A stretch of DNA of 63,484 bases, the filler included, from Craspedostauros australis (lineage: Eukaryota): NCBI GenBank assembly GCA_030167865.1. It is 8 parts of 8 records of this genome, joined end to end, with 100 filler letters (N's around TTAATTAATTAA, not from the genome) between each part and the next. Parts side by side here need not be neighbours in the genome. Positions count along the whole stretch, not along the records: positions 20,133 to 38,704 come from JALAGF010001834.1; 7 more parts are not named here. One strand, written 5' to 3'. Below the pieces are notes generated by a model. That model had not been told where the DNA came from. It saw only the letters and a program-made list of their open reading frames with translations, and searched no databases. The translations under genes and the position numbers were made by a program. Position 1 is the stretch's first letter. Every line of letters starts with the position of its first letter. Positions 22,614-33,063 of this stretch are shown here, piece by piece.

Positions 22614-24274
22614 ATGAGCAACAAACAGCGGCGCAACATAAACAAAGGATCGTCGCAGGCGTCATCATCATCAGCAACAGAGACAGCAACAGCGGCAGCA
22701 ACAGCGGCAGCAACAGCCGACGACAGAACGATAAGTGATGGCAGGTACAGAAACAAGCAACGATGTTTGATGCTGTGTTCCAGAGGCGTGACTGCGAGGT
22801 ATCGGCACCTATTGGAGGACCTGCGCACTCTCGTTCCTCATCACAAGAAGGAATCGAAGCTTGATCCTGGTGATGAGGGCATGGCATCGGCCGTCAACAA
22901 CATCGCTGGCATCCGCAGCTGCAACTCCGTCATGTTCCTGGAATGCCGCAAGCGAATGGACGCCTACATGTGGCTGGGCCGCGTTGGCAGCAACAGCGCG
23001 GCGGGCGGCGGCAGCACCAACCAGGTCAAGGGCCCCAGCGCCAAGTTCCACATCACCAACATCCACACCATGGATGAGCTCAAGATGACCGGCAACTGCA
23101 TGAAGGGAAGCCGGCCAATACTGTCCTTCGACGAGTCCTTCGATCGGGTGCCGCATCTGAAGCTCCTCAAGGAGCTCTTCGTGGATGTGTTCGGCGTCCC
23201 TAGAGGGCATCCCAAATCCAAGCCATTCGTCGATCGCGTCATGGCCTTTTACTTCGCAGATGACAAGGTGCGTACCAAGAAGAGTGGAGTCCGAGTATGG
23301 TGGAACGTGACTCCCACATTGACTGTTGTACGAATGGTTGCAGAGTATGCGTACATGCATACGCAGGTATCTGCGTGTGCGTGGAAGAATGAGAGGATAG
23401 GATTGTGACACGGTGACATGGTGACACAGATGGATGACGACTGCACTGCCAATGATTACAAATATGATGAGCGTATGTCAGACCTTCGGGAATGAGAACA
23501 ACAACCATATTACAAGACTACGATGGAATGAGGCATCCAGTCGAATCTCGATGATCCAATCATCGTTGATCATATCCACTGCTACTACCCACGCAGAGTA
23601 TTGCCATGTGCGACCCCCAATCCTGTCCTATCCCATCCAAGTTCTCCCTCGTACCGACTTCGGAGAGAAACATGAACTCTCTCTCTCTCTCTGCCTACGC
23701 ATCTTGTTTGATCTCAGCAAAGAATCTGACATCGAGATATTGGCATGGTGACGACCAACATTCAATCACTCACTTGATTCAATTCACCACTTCTGTGTTG
23801 GGACTGCTGACGATGTTGATCTTGATGTTGATCTTCCTTCGGTTGTCTAATTGAACGATGCTTGCTTTGTTCTTGTGCTTTCGTCGTCACCTCCCATTGC
23901 AAACAACACAAATGCACATGCACATTCAAACACAACAGATCTGGGTCCGGCATTATCAAATCGTCGAGGACCAACCGACGAACGCCATGGAGCAGCATCT
24001 TTCAAAGAAGCAGCTGGGACAGGACGCGGCGACGTCGTTGGTGGAGATTGGACCGCGCTTCGTCCTCAACCCGATCCGCATCTTCCGCGGCTCTTTCGGT
24101 GGCCAGACGCTGTTTCAGAATCCAGAATTCATCTCACCCAACGAGATTCGAGCGTTGGAGGGCAAGCGGAAAGGCGATGTGTACGTGGGACGCAAGGAGA
24201 ATCAGAAAAAGCGCAAGGTCCACAAGGACAGCATTGTCGTGCCGGAGGATCCATTGGATTCCATCTTCAAATAG
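22614..24274 (+). CDS. BRX1: Ribosome biogenesis protein Brix1; exons 22614-23267 and 23939-24274
   Basis: Brix motifs: SRGVTARYRHLLEDL, GPSAKF, IHTMDELKMTGNCMKGSRPILSF, HPKSKPFVDRV, DDK|IWVRHYQI, LVEIGPRFVLNPIRIFRGSFGG. GT-AG intron at 23268-23938. Confidence 0.95.
23447..23535 (+). ncRNA. Intronic box C/D snoRNA, predicted guide for 18S rRNA 2'-O-methylation
   Basis: Terminal stem TGCC/GGCA. Box C ATGATTA (23452-58) co-varies with box D ATGA (23528-31). D' CAGA, a CC-TTCG-GG hairpin and C' ATGAGAA lie between them. The guide AAGACTACGATGG (23514-26) is complementary to CCATCGTAGTCTT, recalled as conserved stramenopile 18S sequence. Confidence 0.75.
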
Positions 24275-24785
24275 TGCAGAACAATATTACATAGAGTAGA
24301 GTACACTCGACTGATGCGCTGATCTGTGCTCTTATTCCAATTAGAAGTCGTTCGTACGAATACTAGGGTACGCAATGGATGAGATTAGTCCAGACTCGAG
24401 ATGGATGATGCTTGGTAATAGACTCCGCTGCGTGGGACGAGCAGTCATGCCATACATAACAAAAGCTTGTCCTAAAGGGATGCTAAACCCGCGGCAGCAA
24501 CATGACGTTCGCTGTTGTCCAGAGTAGAGTATTATACCCAAATTGTATCGGTACTTGCGTGCGTGCGTCGGTCTGTTTGCTTTGCTTTGCAGTAATTACT
24601 ATTTGTTTTCTTGTTTCCCCATGTCGCCTCTCGATCACCAATGATCAAATGTTTCAATGCTCCAATGCATGTGCGCGACTTGGATTGACGTTGACTCCAC
24701 ACCTTTGTTCTGCGTTCTTATCATTATCCGCAGAACACAGCGAGCACATACATCAGTTACATTCATTCGTGCCAAGACCTTCGGT

Positions 24786-26522
24786 TCATGGCGAGACAGG
24801 GGCGACCATCTCGGTGGCTCCGTTCGGCGAGGCTTTCGACTGTGGCGCCGTCGATTCGGCAGGCGCCACCTTGCTGGCATATCCCACGCTGGATTGCAAC
24901 CACGCGTTGGGATGGTTGCCCAGATTGTCCATCTGCGCACCGACAGTCTCGTACTTGGGATGCGTGACTTCGAAGTGCTTGAGGCAAGCCAGCTGGTATT
25001 GGTGCGATTCCTGCTCCTTCTTGATGGCCGCGCGATCGGCGGGATTGGAGATACCGAGCTTGGTGAGCATGGCCTGCACGTGCGCTACGGTCCTGTGCTT
25101 GAAGGGGCAGCCATGATGTTCGTTCGAGTTGGGCGCGTTGTCGTGTATGATCTTGCGGCAGCTGTAGGCGGTGTAGGATTTGCGCTTGCCCTCCTTGCCG
25201 TACATGTGACGCACGTTGTAGGCGTACTGCTTGGAAAAGTCGGAGGTGGTGGTGAACATGCGCTCAAAGTAGACCAGGGCGTCCTCCATGGACAATCCAG
25301 CGCCCTTGAGGAAGAGACCGTATTGCTGACGACCCCAGTACTTGAGCTTGTGATCCTTCTCCAATCCCCATTGAAGCTGGACCATGCAGAGCGGCATGTG
25401 GCGGATGTGGTCCTTGACCGTGGCGGCAGAGAGCGTGGAGGCATCGTTAGAGTCCCCACCGTATTCCTCGCTGGCGCTCGACGATGCCGTTGCCAGGTTG
25501 GAGAGGAGGTTGTTGACCTGCTGCGCTCCGCCCGTTGCGCGCGAAAGCGGAACCTGAGACAAGATCGCCATCTCACGTGACAAATGGGCGCGGAACTTGC
25601 CGACGACCAGAGTGACCAATTTGGATTGCGGGATGTAGGCCTTGCCCTTCCACACAAACACCTGGCGTGTCGCAATCAGATCCAGCGCCTTTTGGAATGG
25701 CACGGAGTAGATGGGTTGCTGCTGCTGCGGGTTGGATTGGAAGTTGTTGTTCTGGTGCAGATCTGGCGTTGCTGCCCACAGCTTTGGCCAGAGCGATTGC
25801 ACTTCCTTCTTGCCGCAGAGTGTCGCTTCTGGCACTATCGATGCCAGCCCATTCGATCCACCACTGTTGTTACTGTTGTTGCTGGTACTGCGCCCGGTTG
25901 CTGTGCTGGTCATTGTGCCGATGCGGTACTTGAGCAGCATGGTCTCATGCGCCAGGAACCAACGACGAAAGTCCTCGCTCTTTGCAAATGCCAAACGCAG
26001 AATGAAATGGGACGCCTCATCTTTTTGCGCATCCCTCTTGAATGGCTTGAGCATGCGGTCCAAGTGCTCTCCCCACTTGTCGCGAGGCACGTGTCTGTTG
26101 TTCAGCTGTTCCATCTTGCGCAGGATCTGTACGATGTGAATGTGAATGCGGATACGTGAGTGTACAGTGTGCAATTCACAGTGCGTAGCGAATGAAGCAT
26201 GTCGAAGTGTGAGATTGAGAAAAGGTTGTGCCATCGGCAGTTGGCCACTGAACGCCATGATATGTCAACACACACGATGCATACGACAATACGACCACAC
26301 GAACGCACGCACATTCGTCCAATGAGTACAAGCAAGCATCCATTCATTCATCTGACATTTCTGACTGACCTTGAGACGATCCAAGGCGTACTCCTCAAAG
26401 TCCTCGAGGCTGAGTTCGCACGAGGGAACCTCCTGATAGAGGTTGATCTTGTTGGACTCATTGCTGTCCTTCGCGGCGTTGCGTGGCAAAGTCTGCGTCT
26501 TGACCTTCCCAACGATGTTCAT
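24786..26522 (-). CDS. PRIM2: DNA primase large subunit (p58/PriL); exons 26370-26522 and 24786-26126
   Basis: LYQEVP..ELSLEDFEEYALDRLK|ILR, KDEASHFILRLAF, Fe-S cysteines PLCM/YSCRKII/HGCPF/QLAC, HLKYxGRxQYGLFLKGAGL-like motif, YAYNVRHMYGKEG, HPNAW. GT-AG intron at 26127-26369. Confidence 0.95.
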
Positions 26523-27222
26523 CTTGCTCTCTTTGCGTTGGCTTGGCTACCTGCAAGTGAAGGGACGGAATCAACTTGAGAACTCTGCTCTAATGTCCTT
26601 GTTGGTGGGTTGTGCTGTTGCGTTTTCTCAACGCAATGGTGCTTGCTGTCGAGTAGTGTTCTTGTTGTGATGGAACATACAGCGTTGCAGCGATGTTGAG
26701 GTGTGTTGAATTGTGTTTTGTTGTGTTGAGTTTGGTTGTGCTGCGTTCTGTTGTGCGTAGTTTGTGTTTGTCTCTCGTGTGTTCGCGCGAAGGATCGCCA
26801 AAAAGTTGACAACGACAAAAACAACACACCAACAGAAGCCCCGTTCTTCATTTTTGGCGCGCAGGGGCAGTCCACTGAGTCGGGCACAACTTCCTTCGGT
26901 CACGAGCAAAGACCTCGAGTCACGTTTCAAACACAACATCCGAAATGACTCGGATCCAAAACACCAACAAAAATCAAGACATGGATGACACGAACGCAAA
27001 TGACCAAGACAACACGTCTCGTGCCTTCGCGCGTCCTCCACTCTCGTTCTTCCACTGTCTTGCGCATCGCAGGAGCACGAGTGGAGCCCTCGAACCCGCA
27101 TTGCAGTGGTGCGATCCTTCGCTTCGTTTGGCTTCTTGGTGCACACAATCTCCGCAAAGGTGGCAAAGCATTGCACCACAATACAGAATAGGACATAACA
27201 ACGCAGCACAGCACAACGCAGC

Positions 27223-28947
27223 ATGACGATGGCAACACCAGAAGACAGCAAGACAGCGTCGGCACGGCCAGGCAAGGCCGGTCGCACCGACTACGACCAA
27301 TGGCACAAGGTGACGAACGACCTGCTGGATGAGGCCGAGGAGGCGGAGAAGCTCGAGGAGGAGGAGAGCAAGAAGGCCCTGGGCTTGGATGGCAAGTACG
27401 CCTCCAGCAAGGCAGAGGCCGAGGAACGCGAGAAGGCCAAGGAGCTGCAGACGACGAAGAAGGCGCTCGAGGGATACATGAAGCGCGAGTCCGGCATCAT
27501 GGAGACCATGACCGGTCTGCTGGGCCCCGTTCCAGCGGACGGAGACGAGGCCGACAGACCGTCGCCTTCCGAGGAGGCCAAGTCCGACTCGCCCCAGGTG
27601 GTGCGCATCTTGCGCAGCGACCTCGGTGCTGGCAAGCGCGTCGTCACCATCTCCGACACCTCCGGCAGCTCCCTCAAGGACACGATCGTGCTCACCCAGG
27701 ATCTCTCCCTCCTGGAATCCAAGTACCGCAATGCCAACGCCAAGGCCAAGTCCTTCGATGGCGATGCCGAGAACGCCGTCGTGGACAACACCAGCGAACG
27801 CACCGTGCACGGCATCATCAAGTGCTTCCTCTCCAACCTGCACAACTGCACAGTCCTCATCAAATGCAAAATCATCTCGGGGACGCTCGAGATCTCGCAC
27901 TGCTCCAACGTGGAAATCTCCGTGGAGAAGGACGCCACCGTCCCCACGATCCAGGCAGACCTCTGCCAGAACATCACCCTCACGTTCAACGACGCGCCCT
28001 CCGGCAAGAACATCCCTCTGCCGGGCCAAAAGCGTCTCTACTGGGGCGACGACAAGGAGGACCGCATCTTCCACGCCGGCGTCCAGAAGATGCTCGTGCG
28101 ATGCATGCGCGATGGATACTGCGAGACGGAGCGCATGTGCGACTACCTCGCCGATGGCGCCAAGATCGTGGGCAATGCCAGCAAGGAGGAGTACCAGTTC
28201 GTCACATCGGTGGTGGACGGCGCCGTCCTCACGGAGGCGGTCATCCGCGCGGGAGCCACGACGGGGGAGAATTCACGCGCCATGACGCAACGAGAATTGG
28301 ACGCAGAGAAGGAAAAGCGCGAGCAGGCTGCCAAGGTCGCCGTTGGCATGGCCGAGGACATGATCAAGGTCCTGGACAAGGACGGCAACCCGCTGGCCGT
28401 CAAGAAGGATATTGTGGAGACCGTCAAGGAGGGAGACAGCGCCGTCGAGGAGGTGTTCGGCTCCATGACGAAGGCGAAGATTGATGAGATCGTCCAGGAA
28501 TGCGAGACCAACAAATCGCGCGGCAACGACGCCTTCAAGGCTGGTGAGTACGGCCAAGCGATCCTGTTGTACAGTCTGGCGTTGGACAAATCCGACGAAT
28601 TGCCAGACAAGGACAGCAGCATCAACGGGAGTACTGATGGTGACAAGACAGAACAGCTGTTTCCACGCGACGTCGTCCTGTCCAACCGCGCCGCATGCTT
28701 CTTGAAATTGGGACAGCACGAAAAGGCCTGCGAGGATGGAAAGAAGGCATTTGCCATCAACCCCAAGAATGTGAAGGCCATCTTCCGACAGGGTTTGGCA
28801 TTGCACGCCATGAAGCAGTATCAAGAGGCGCTCCCCGTCTTGGCAAAGGCATTGGAGATGGAGCCCAAGAACAAGCAGATCAAACAGGCGCTGCACTTTG
28901 CCGAGGTCCGCCTGCAGCAGGATATGAGGAAACGAATGGAGGGATAA
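27223..28947 (+). CDS. TPR co-chaperone-like protein with a CAP-C/TBCC-type beta-helix domain
   Basis: 574-aa ORF with strong codon bias. N-terminal DYDQW motif; beta-helix LSNLHNCTVLIKCKIISGTLEISHCSNVEISV..TIQADLCQNITL; three TPRs (KSRGNDAFKAGEY, SNRAACFLKLG, KAIFRQGLAL). Confidence 0.85.
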   Translation: MTMATPEDSKTASARPGKAGRTDYDQWHKVTNDLLDEAEEAEKLEEEESKKALGLDGKYASSKAEAEEREKAKELQTTKKALEGYMKRESGIMETMTGLLGPVPADGDEADRPSPSEEAKSDSPQVVRILRSDLGAGKRVVTISDTSGSSLKDTIVLTQDLSLLESKYRNANAKAKSFDGDAENAVVDNTSERTVHGIIKCFLSNLHNCTVLIKCKIISGTLEISHCSNVEISVEKDATVPTIQADLCQNITLTFNDAPSGKNIPLPGQKRLYWGDDKEDRIFHAGVQKMLVRCMRDGYCETERMCDYLADGAKIVGNASKEEYQFVTSVVDGAVLTEAVIRAGATTGENSRAMTQRELDAEKEKREQAAKVAVGMAEDMIKVLDKDGNPLAVKKDIVETVKEGDSAVEEVFGSMTKAKIDEIVQECETNKSRGNDAFKAGEYGQAILLYSLALDKSDELPDKDSSINGSTDGDKTEQLFPRDVVLSNRAACFLKLGQHEKACEDGKKAFAINPKNVKAIFRQGLALHAMKQYQEALPVLAKALEMEPKNKQIKQALHFAEVRLQQDMRKRMEG

Positions 28948-29320
28948 GCGTGATGTATCTCTAGACTACGCGTAGCGGCACAGCATGTACAGTATGATCC
29001 GTGGTCACTGTTCGACTGCCTCATTCTTACGACCTACCACACAAACAAGGGAGGAAACGAGCAACCACGGAAATCAACAAGTAGCTAAGATTACGGAGAG
29101 TGTGAATAGAACTGCAATCGTGTGCAGACATCTCCAGTGAAAGCCTCTCCATGTGTGATGTTCAAACCACTCGTCGGGCATCGCAGAGGGCCAGTGTAAT
29201 AGCTCCCACTGTGCCATCCTCGAAGAGCAGATCGTTCAGACTACAAAAAGGAACACTAGTTTACAGCGATGCTGCGGTTGAAGGCAGAAAGCGACACTTT
29301 GATGGGTTTGATTCGGTAGT

Positions 29321-30538
29321 TTAATCCTTATCCTGGGCAGTCTTCTTGACTCCGCGAAGACGGCCGGTGCGGCGGGCACCGATGAGACCGACCTTACGAC
29401 CGGCTGGACGCTCCTTGGAGACGGTGGAAGGCATACCAATGTGCTGATGGTTACCTCCTCCGTGTGGATGCTCCACTGGATTCTTGGCCACACCACGGAT
29501 TTTTGGCCAGCAGTTACGCTTGACGGCATACTTGTGGTAGGCACGTCCTGCCTTGAGCATTGGCTTGTCAGTACGTCCACCTCCGGCGACGATGCCGATC
29601 TGGGCACGGACGTCGGACTTGACGGTCTTCTTTCCTCCGGATGGGAGGCGGAGACGGGTGGTTCCCTTTTCTTCGTCGTGGGTGACAACAACGGCAAAGG
29701 CACCGGAGCAGCGGGCGAAAGCACCACGGTCTCCGAGCTTGGCCTCGATGTTGCACACGATGGTTCCCTCTGGGACAACGGAGAGTGGGAGCACGTTTCC
29801 GACGGTCAAGGTGGCCTTCTTTCCGCAGTAGACGAACTGTCCAGAGTACATACCCTCGGTACAGAGGAAGAGCTCATTGTCGCGCTCGTAACGGTAGGCG
29901 TTCAAGAACTGGACCTTGGCGACTGGTGCACCACGGCCTGGATCGTGCAAGATTTCCTTGATGACTCCGCGGATGTATCCATGCTTCTCAGCATAGTCCA
30001 ACGGACGGAGCTTGACGGCGCCCTTGCGTGTGCGGGTGTGCGCCTTGAAGACGGTGGACTTACCCTTTCTTTGTGTCTGTTATTCCAATTGCGTGCAGTG
30101 GCAGTGAATGCATGCAGCAATGGTTTTGTTTGAGATGCGAAAGTGTTTCATTTCGCAACATCGATTTCAACGAACGTCATTTTGGGGTGGCGAATGTATT
30201 ATCCACACATCGACAGTGCGATCAACCAATTCAGGTTGTCGTCGAGGGTGACATCACAAACGCCAATGAACGTCGAGGTGGCATGGGAAAGGGAAGGTCA
30301 ACCGGCAGGATGCAGAGCAAGGCGGGAGGATGTTGTGGATGGTGTTTGACGATGGGTCGATGCCGAAGATGGCAACGAAGAAGAACGGAATTGAATCGGA
30401 TTCGGTCAGCACACTCTATTTCATACCGCTGTTGTCATGGCCCCATCTTCTTTGGAGAGTTGAGTACTCTCACGTCTCTTCGCTGGTGCCCCGTGTCCTG
30501 CTGCTCCGTTCCATACTCACCTGGACGTACTTTCCCAT
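29321..30538 (-). CDS. RPL8: 60S ribosomal protein L8 (uL2); exons 30521-30538 and 29321-30076
   Basis: The spliced N-terminus is [20 protein letters not shown]. Motifs: [41 protein letters not shown] intron at 30077-30520; 257 aa. Confidence 0.97.
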
Positions 30539-31470
30539 GGTGAAAGTTTCCTTATCGATCAAATTTGTGCAAAGCCTGGGTGTTGCTGTTGGCCGTTGCT
30601 GGTGGTTGGCGACTGCGCGTTGGTGCTTGTCGCTGTTGTTGGTGCTTGGCTTGCTTGTTTCTGTGTTTGTCACGAGCCTTTGTTGGTGCCAACGAGACAC
30701 GAGTCCAGTCGTGCCATCTTTCTCCGTTGACCAGCTGGTAGTGATTGTACATACGAAGCGGTCAGTAAGGAGGTAAGAACGATGTGCTTTTCAGTCACGG
30801 TGGTCAGACAATTGATTCAATCGAACAAGTCGCAGACACACCCAATCATGTTGGCTTGTGTTCCTGTCCACGTTCGCAATGCACGACTGGTTTGGGTCGG
30901 TCGTAGCTGAATCGTGCTTCTGGATTCTTGTTCTTTGCTGTTTGATGGTATCTTTCTTTGCCGCGCTTTGGCTGCCCGCGATGGCGAAGGACGCATCACG
31001 GGAGGTTCGTCAGGATACGAGCTACTTTGGGTGTGGGTGGTCCCACACGCGGACATCTGATGTCGTGTTGGCACTTCTGCACCTGTACCTGTGCAGCAAG
31101 AGAGGGGCAAGACTCCAAAGTCGACATCAACAATCAGGTCTCGCTGGCTTCGCGGAACCAAACAAGCAAAAGCAGAACGGCATTTGCGCCATTGGACGAC
31201 TGCAGACAGAGCGTGGACAGAGAATATCGCACAGAGACTGTCAATAGCACAACAAAGGGACCGGCGAGCAATGAGCAAGGCAGAAGAAGAGCTTCCTTCC
31301 ATCACTCATACTACTCGCAAGAGGACAAGCTCGGAACCGTACCCCCAACTTACATCAGCACCAGCACTAGCGCCAGCAACAGCAACAACCGCAATCGAAG
31401 TATCGGAAGCATCAGCATCGTCAAAATACTCATACTCGTAGCCAGTGAAAGCAATAGCAACAACAGCAAC

Positions 31471-32268
31471 ATGGGAGGCGACGACATACCAACAGACGAC
31501 TCAACCAACATGCATCCATTCCAGCCCATCGTCTACCATGACGAAGATCTGGAGGCGATGAGACAAGTGAAGGCGAAAATGATGGAGGACGGCGTCGAGG
31601 AATCGCGCATCGGCCTGTGCTTCTTGGCCATGACGACCATCGTTTGCAAACGCCGCGTCGATGTGGCGGCAACGAAGTACAAGGCCTTGCTGGATATTCT
31701 GGCCGAGTGCGGCGTGCCCGATGGCATAGACGACGAGCTTTGGAAGCCAGAGGCGGCGTCCGAGCTGAAGCGCTACTTGGTGTGCGGGCCCGACCACGGT
31801 GGCTGCGCCATCATGTACGTGTACAACGGGTGCGGCGAATTGATCATCGATGATGATCGGTCGCACGCGCAGGCCTGCGTCATGTACAACCTCGCCGTCC
31901 ACGCGGATGACACAACGCTTCGCAACGGCATCACCTGTGTCATCGATTCTTCAGGGAGCAAGACGAAGTATCTCAACAAGAAGGTTCAGAAGCTCCACCA
32001 GGCATTCCCCACCCGTCCCAAGTGCATCCTCATGGCAGGCACGAACAAATTCTCCCGCATCGTCATCAACGGCATGATCCAGCTCGCCAAGGCGTTCTCG
32101 AAGCAGAAGGTACTCGACCGCATTCAATTCGTGGAGCCAGACTTTGCGCTAACGAAGATGTCCTCGTACAATGCGCCGGAGCATCTCGGCGGCAACGGTG
32201 GCGGGCACGAGAGCATTGAACAGTGGGTCGAAGAGCGGTTATCCAAGTTCCCCACGCCAGTTTTGTAA
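31471..32268 (+). CDS. CRAL-TRIO (Sec14-like) lipid-binding domain protein
   Basis: Likely start is aacATGG at 31471. Motifs: GPDHGG, RNGITCVID, QAFPTRPKCI, KKxxDRIxF-like KVLDRIQFV, PEHLGG. Confidence 0.75.
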   Translation: MGGDDIPTDDSTNMHPFQPIVYHDEDLEAMRQVKAKMMEDGVEESRIGLCFLAMTTIVCKRRVDVAATKYKALLDILAECGVPDGIDDELWKPEAASELKRYLVCGPDHGGCAIMYVYNGCGELIIDDDRSHAQACVMYNLAVHADDTTLRNGITCVIDSSGSKTKYLNKKVQKLHQAFPTRPKCILMAGTNKFSRIVINGMIQLAKAFSKQKVLDRIQFVEPDFALTKMSSYNAPEHLGGNGGGHESIEQWVEERLSKFPTPVL

Positions 32269-33063
32269 CCCGCAAATCAATGGATGCAAATCCTTGTCCT
32301 CGTACGAGCTCCAGAGAGGGAGAGACACATACACAAACACGTTAACTCCGTCGCGCGCGGATTGAAGTGTTACGTTCGCATGCGCGTCCACGTAACCGCT
32401 GAAGACGTGTCATCTTGCTCGTACAACTACAGTGATTCGATTGCCTGAATGGTGATACGTGAACTGAGATGGTGGTGTGCTTCGAGCACATGGAGTAGAG
32501 CAGAGCAGAGCAGGACAAGTGATGCCACAGTGCCCGTAGCTGTGTTGGAATTGCAGCGGTGCCCTCCGTCCCCCTATTTTTGCTGAGATCGCTCGTACGA
32601 CTAGGGATAATAATAGATCCTTGGCAAGCGCCGGAACTGCTCTCCTCTCCAAGCATGTACGAGCGATGCGCGTCCGACTATGGCGCTTCGCGATTGTTAC
32701 TGAACGCACGTTGTGGATGAAACATGATGTTCATCCAATCCCAAACGTGAACCAAATCAAAGGCAGATCACTCAGCCGATCAGCCAACCAACCAACCAGC
32801 CAATCGAATCTGGCAGACAGAAATGGAAACGCAAACACAACAACAACGCCAAAACGAACCGCCAAACAACTCCCCACAGCACACCAGAAAGTAAGAATAG
32901 TCGTAGACCTGGGATACGAGTGCTATTGCTTGTATTCCATCGCATCGCAGCCGCATCACACGGGAAGCAACGAAGGGTTGCATACCACTACGAGTACGAT
33001 CAACGACGAAGCAGCCAAGCACAAGGAGACACTGAAGTCACAGAAGACGGAACGGTCGTCGCA

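Noticed and set aside
26974..28896. Long antisense and overlapping ORFs over the TPR gene (likewise over PRIM2, SLC1, RNase T2 and RPL8)
   Set aside because: Expected from strong C/G third-position bias; they carry no motifs.
30170..30260. Box C/D-like motifs in the RPL8 intron (minus strand GTGATGT..CTGA..ATGA)
   Set aside because: The terminal stem is weak and I could not recognise rRNA complementarity. Left unresolved rather than called.
22160..30538. tRNA-BRX1-PRIM2-TPR-RPL8 as a functional cluster or operon
   Set aside because: Mixed orientations and ordinary housekeeping density in a compact eukaryotic genome; no evidence of co-regulation.
30958..31470. N-terminal extensions in the ORF track (also 32920, 36790, 45658, 46482, 53453, 62612)
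   Set aside because: They start at TTG/GTG or lie in UTR/intron-like low-complexity sequence; downstream ATGs or splice sites fit better.
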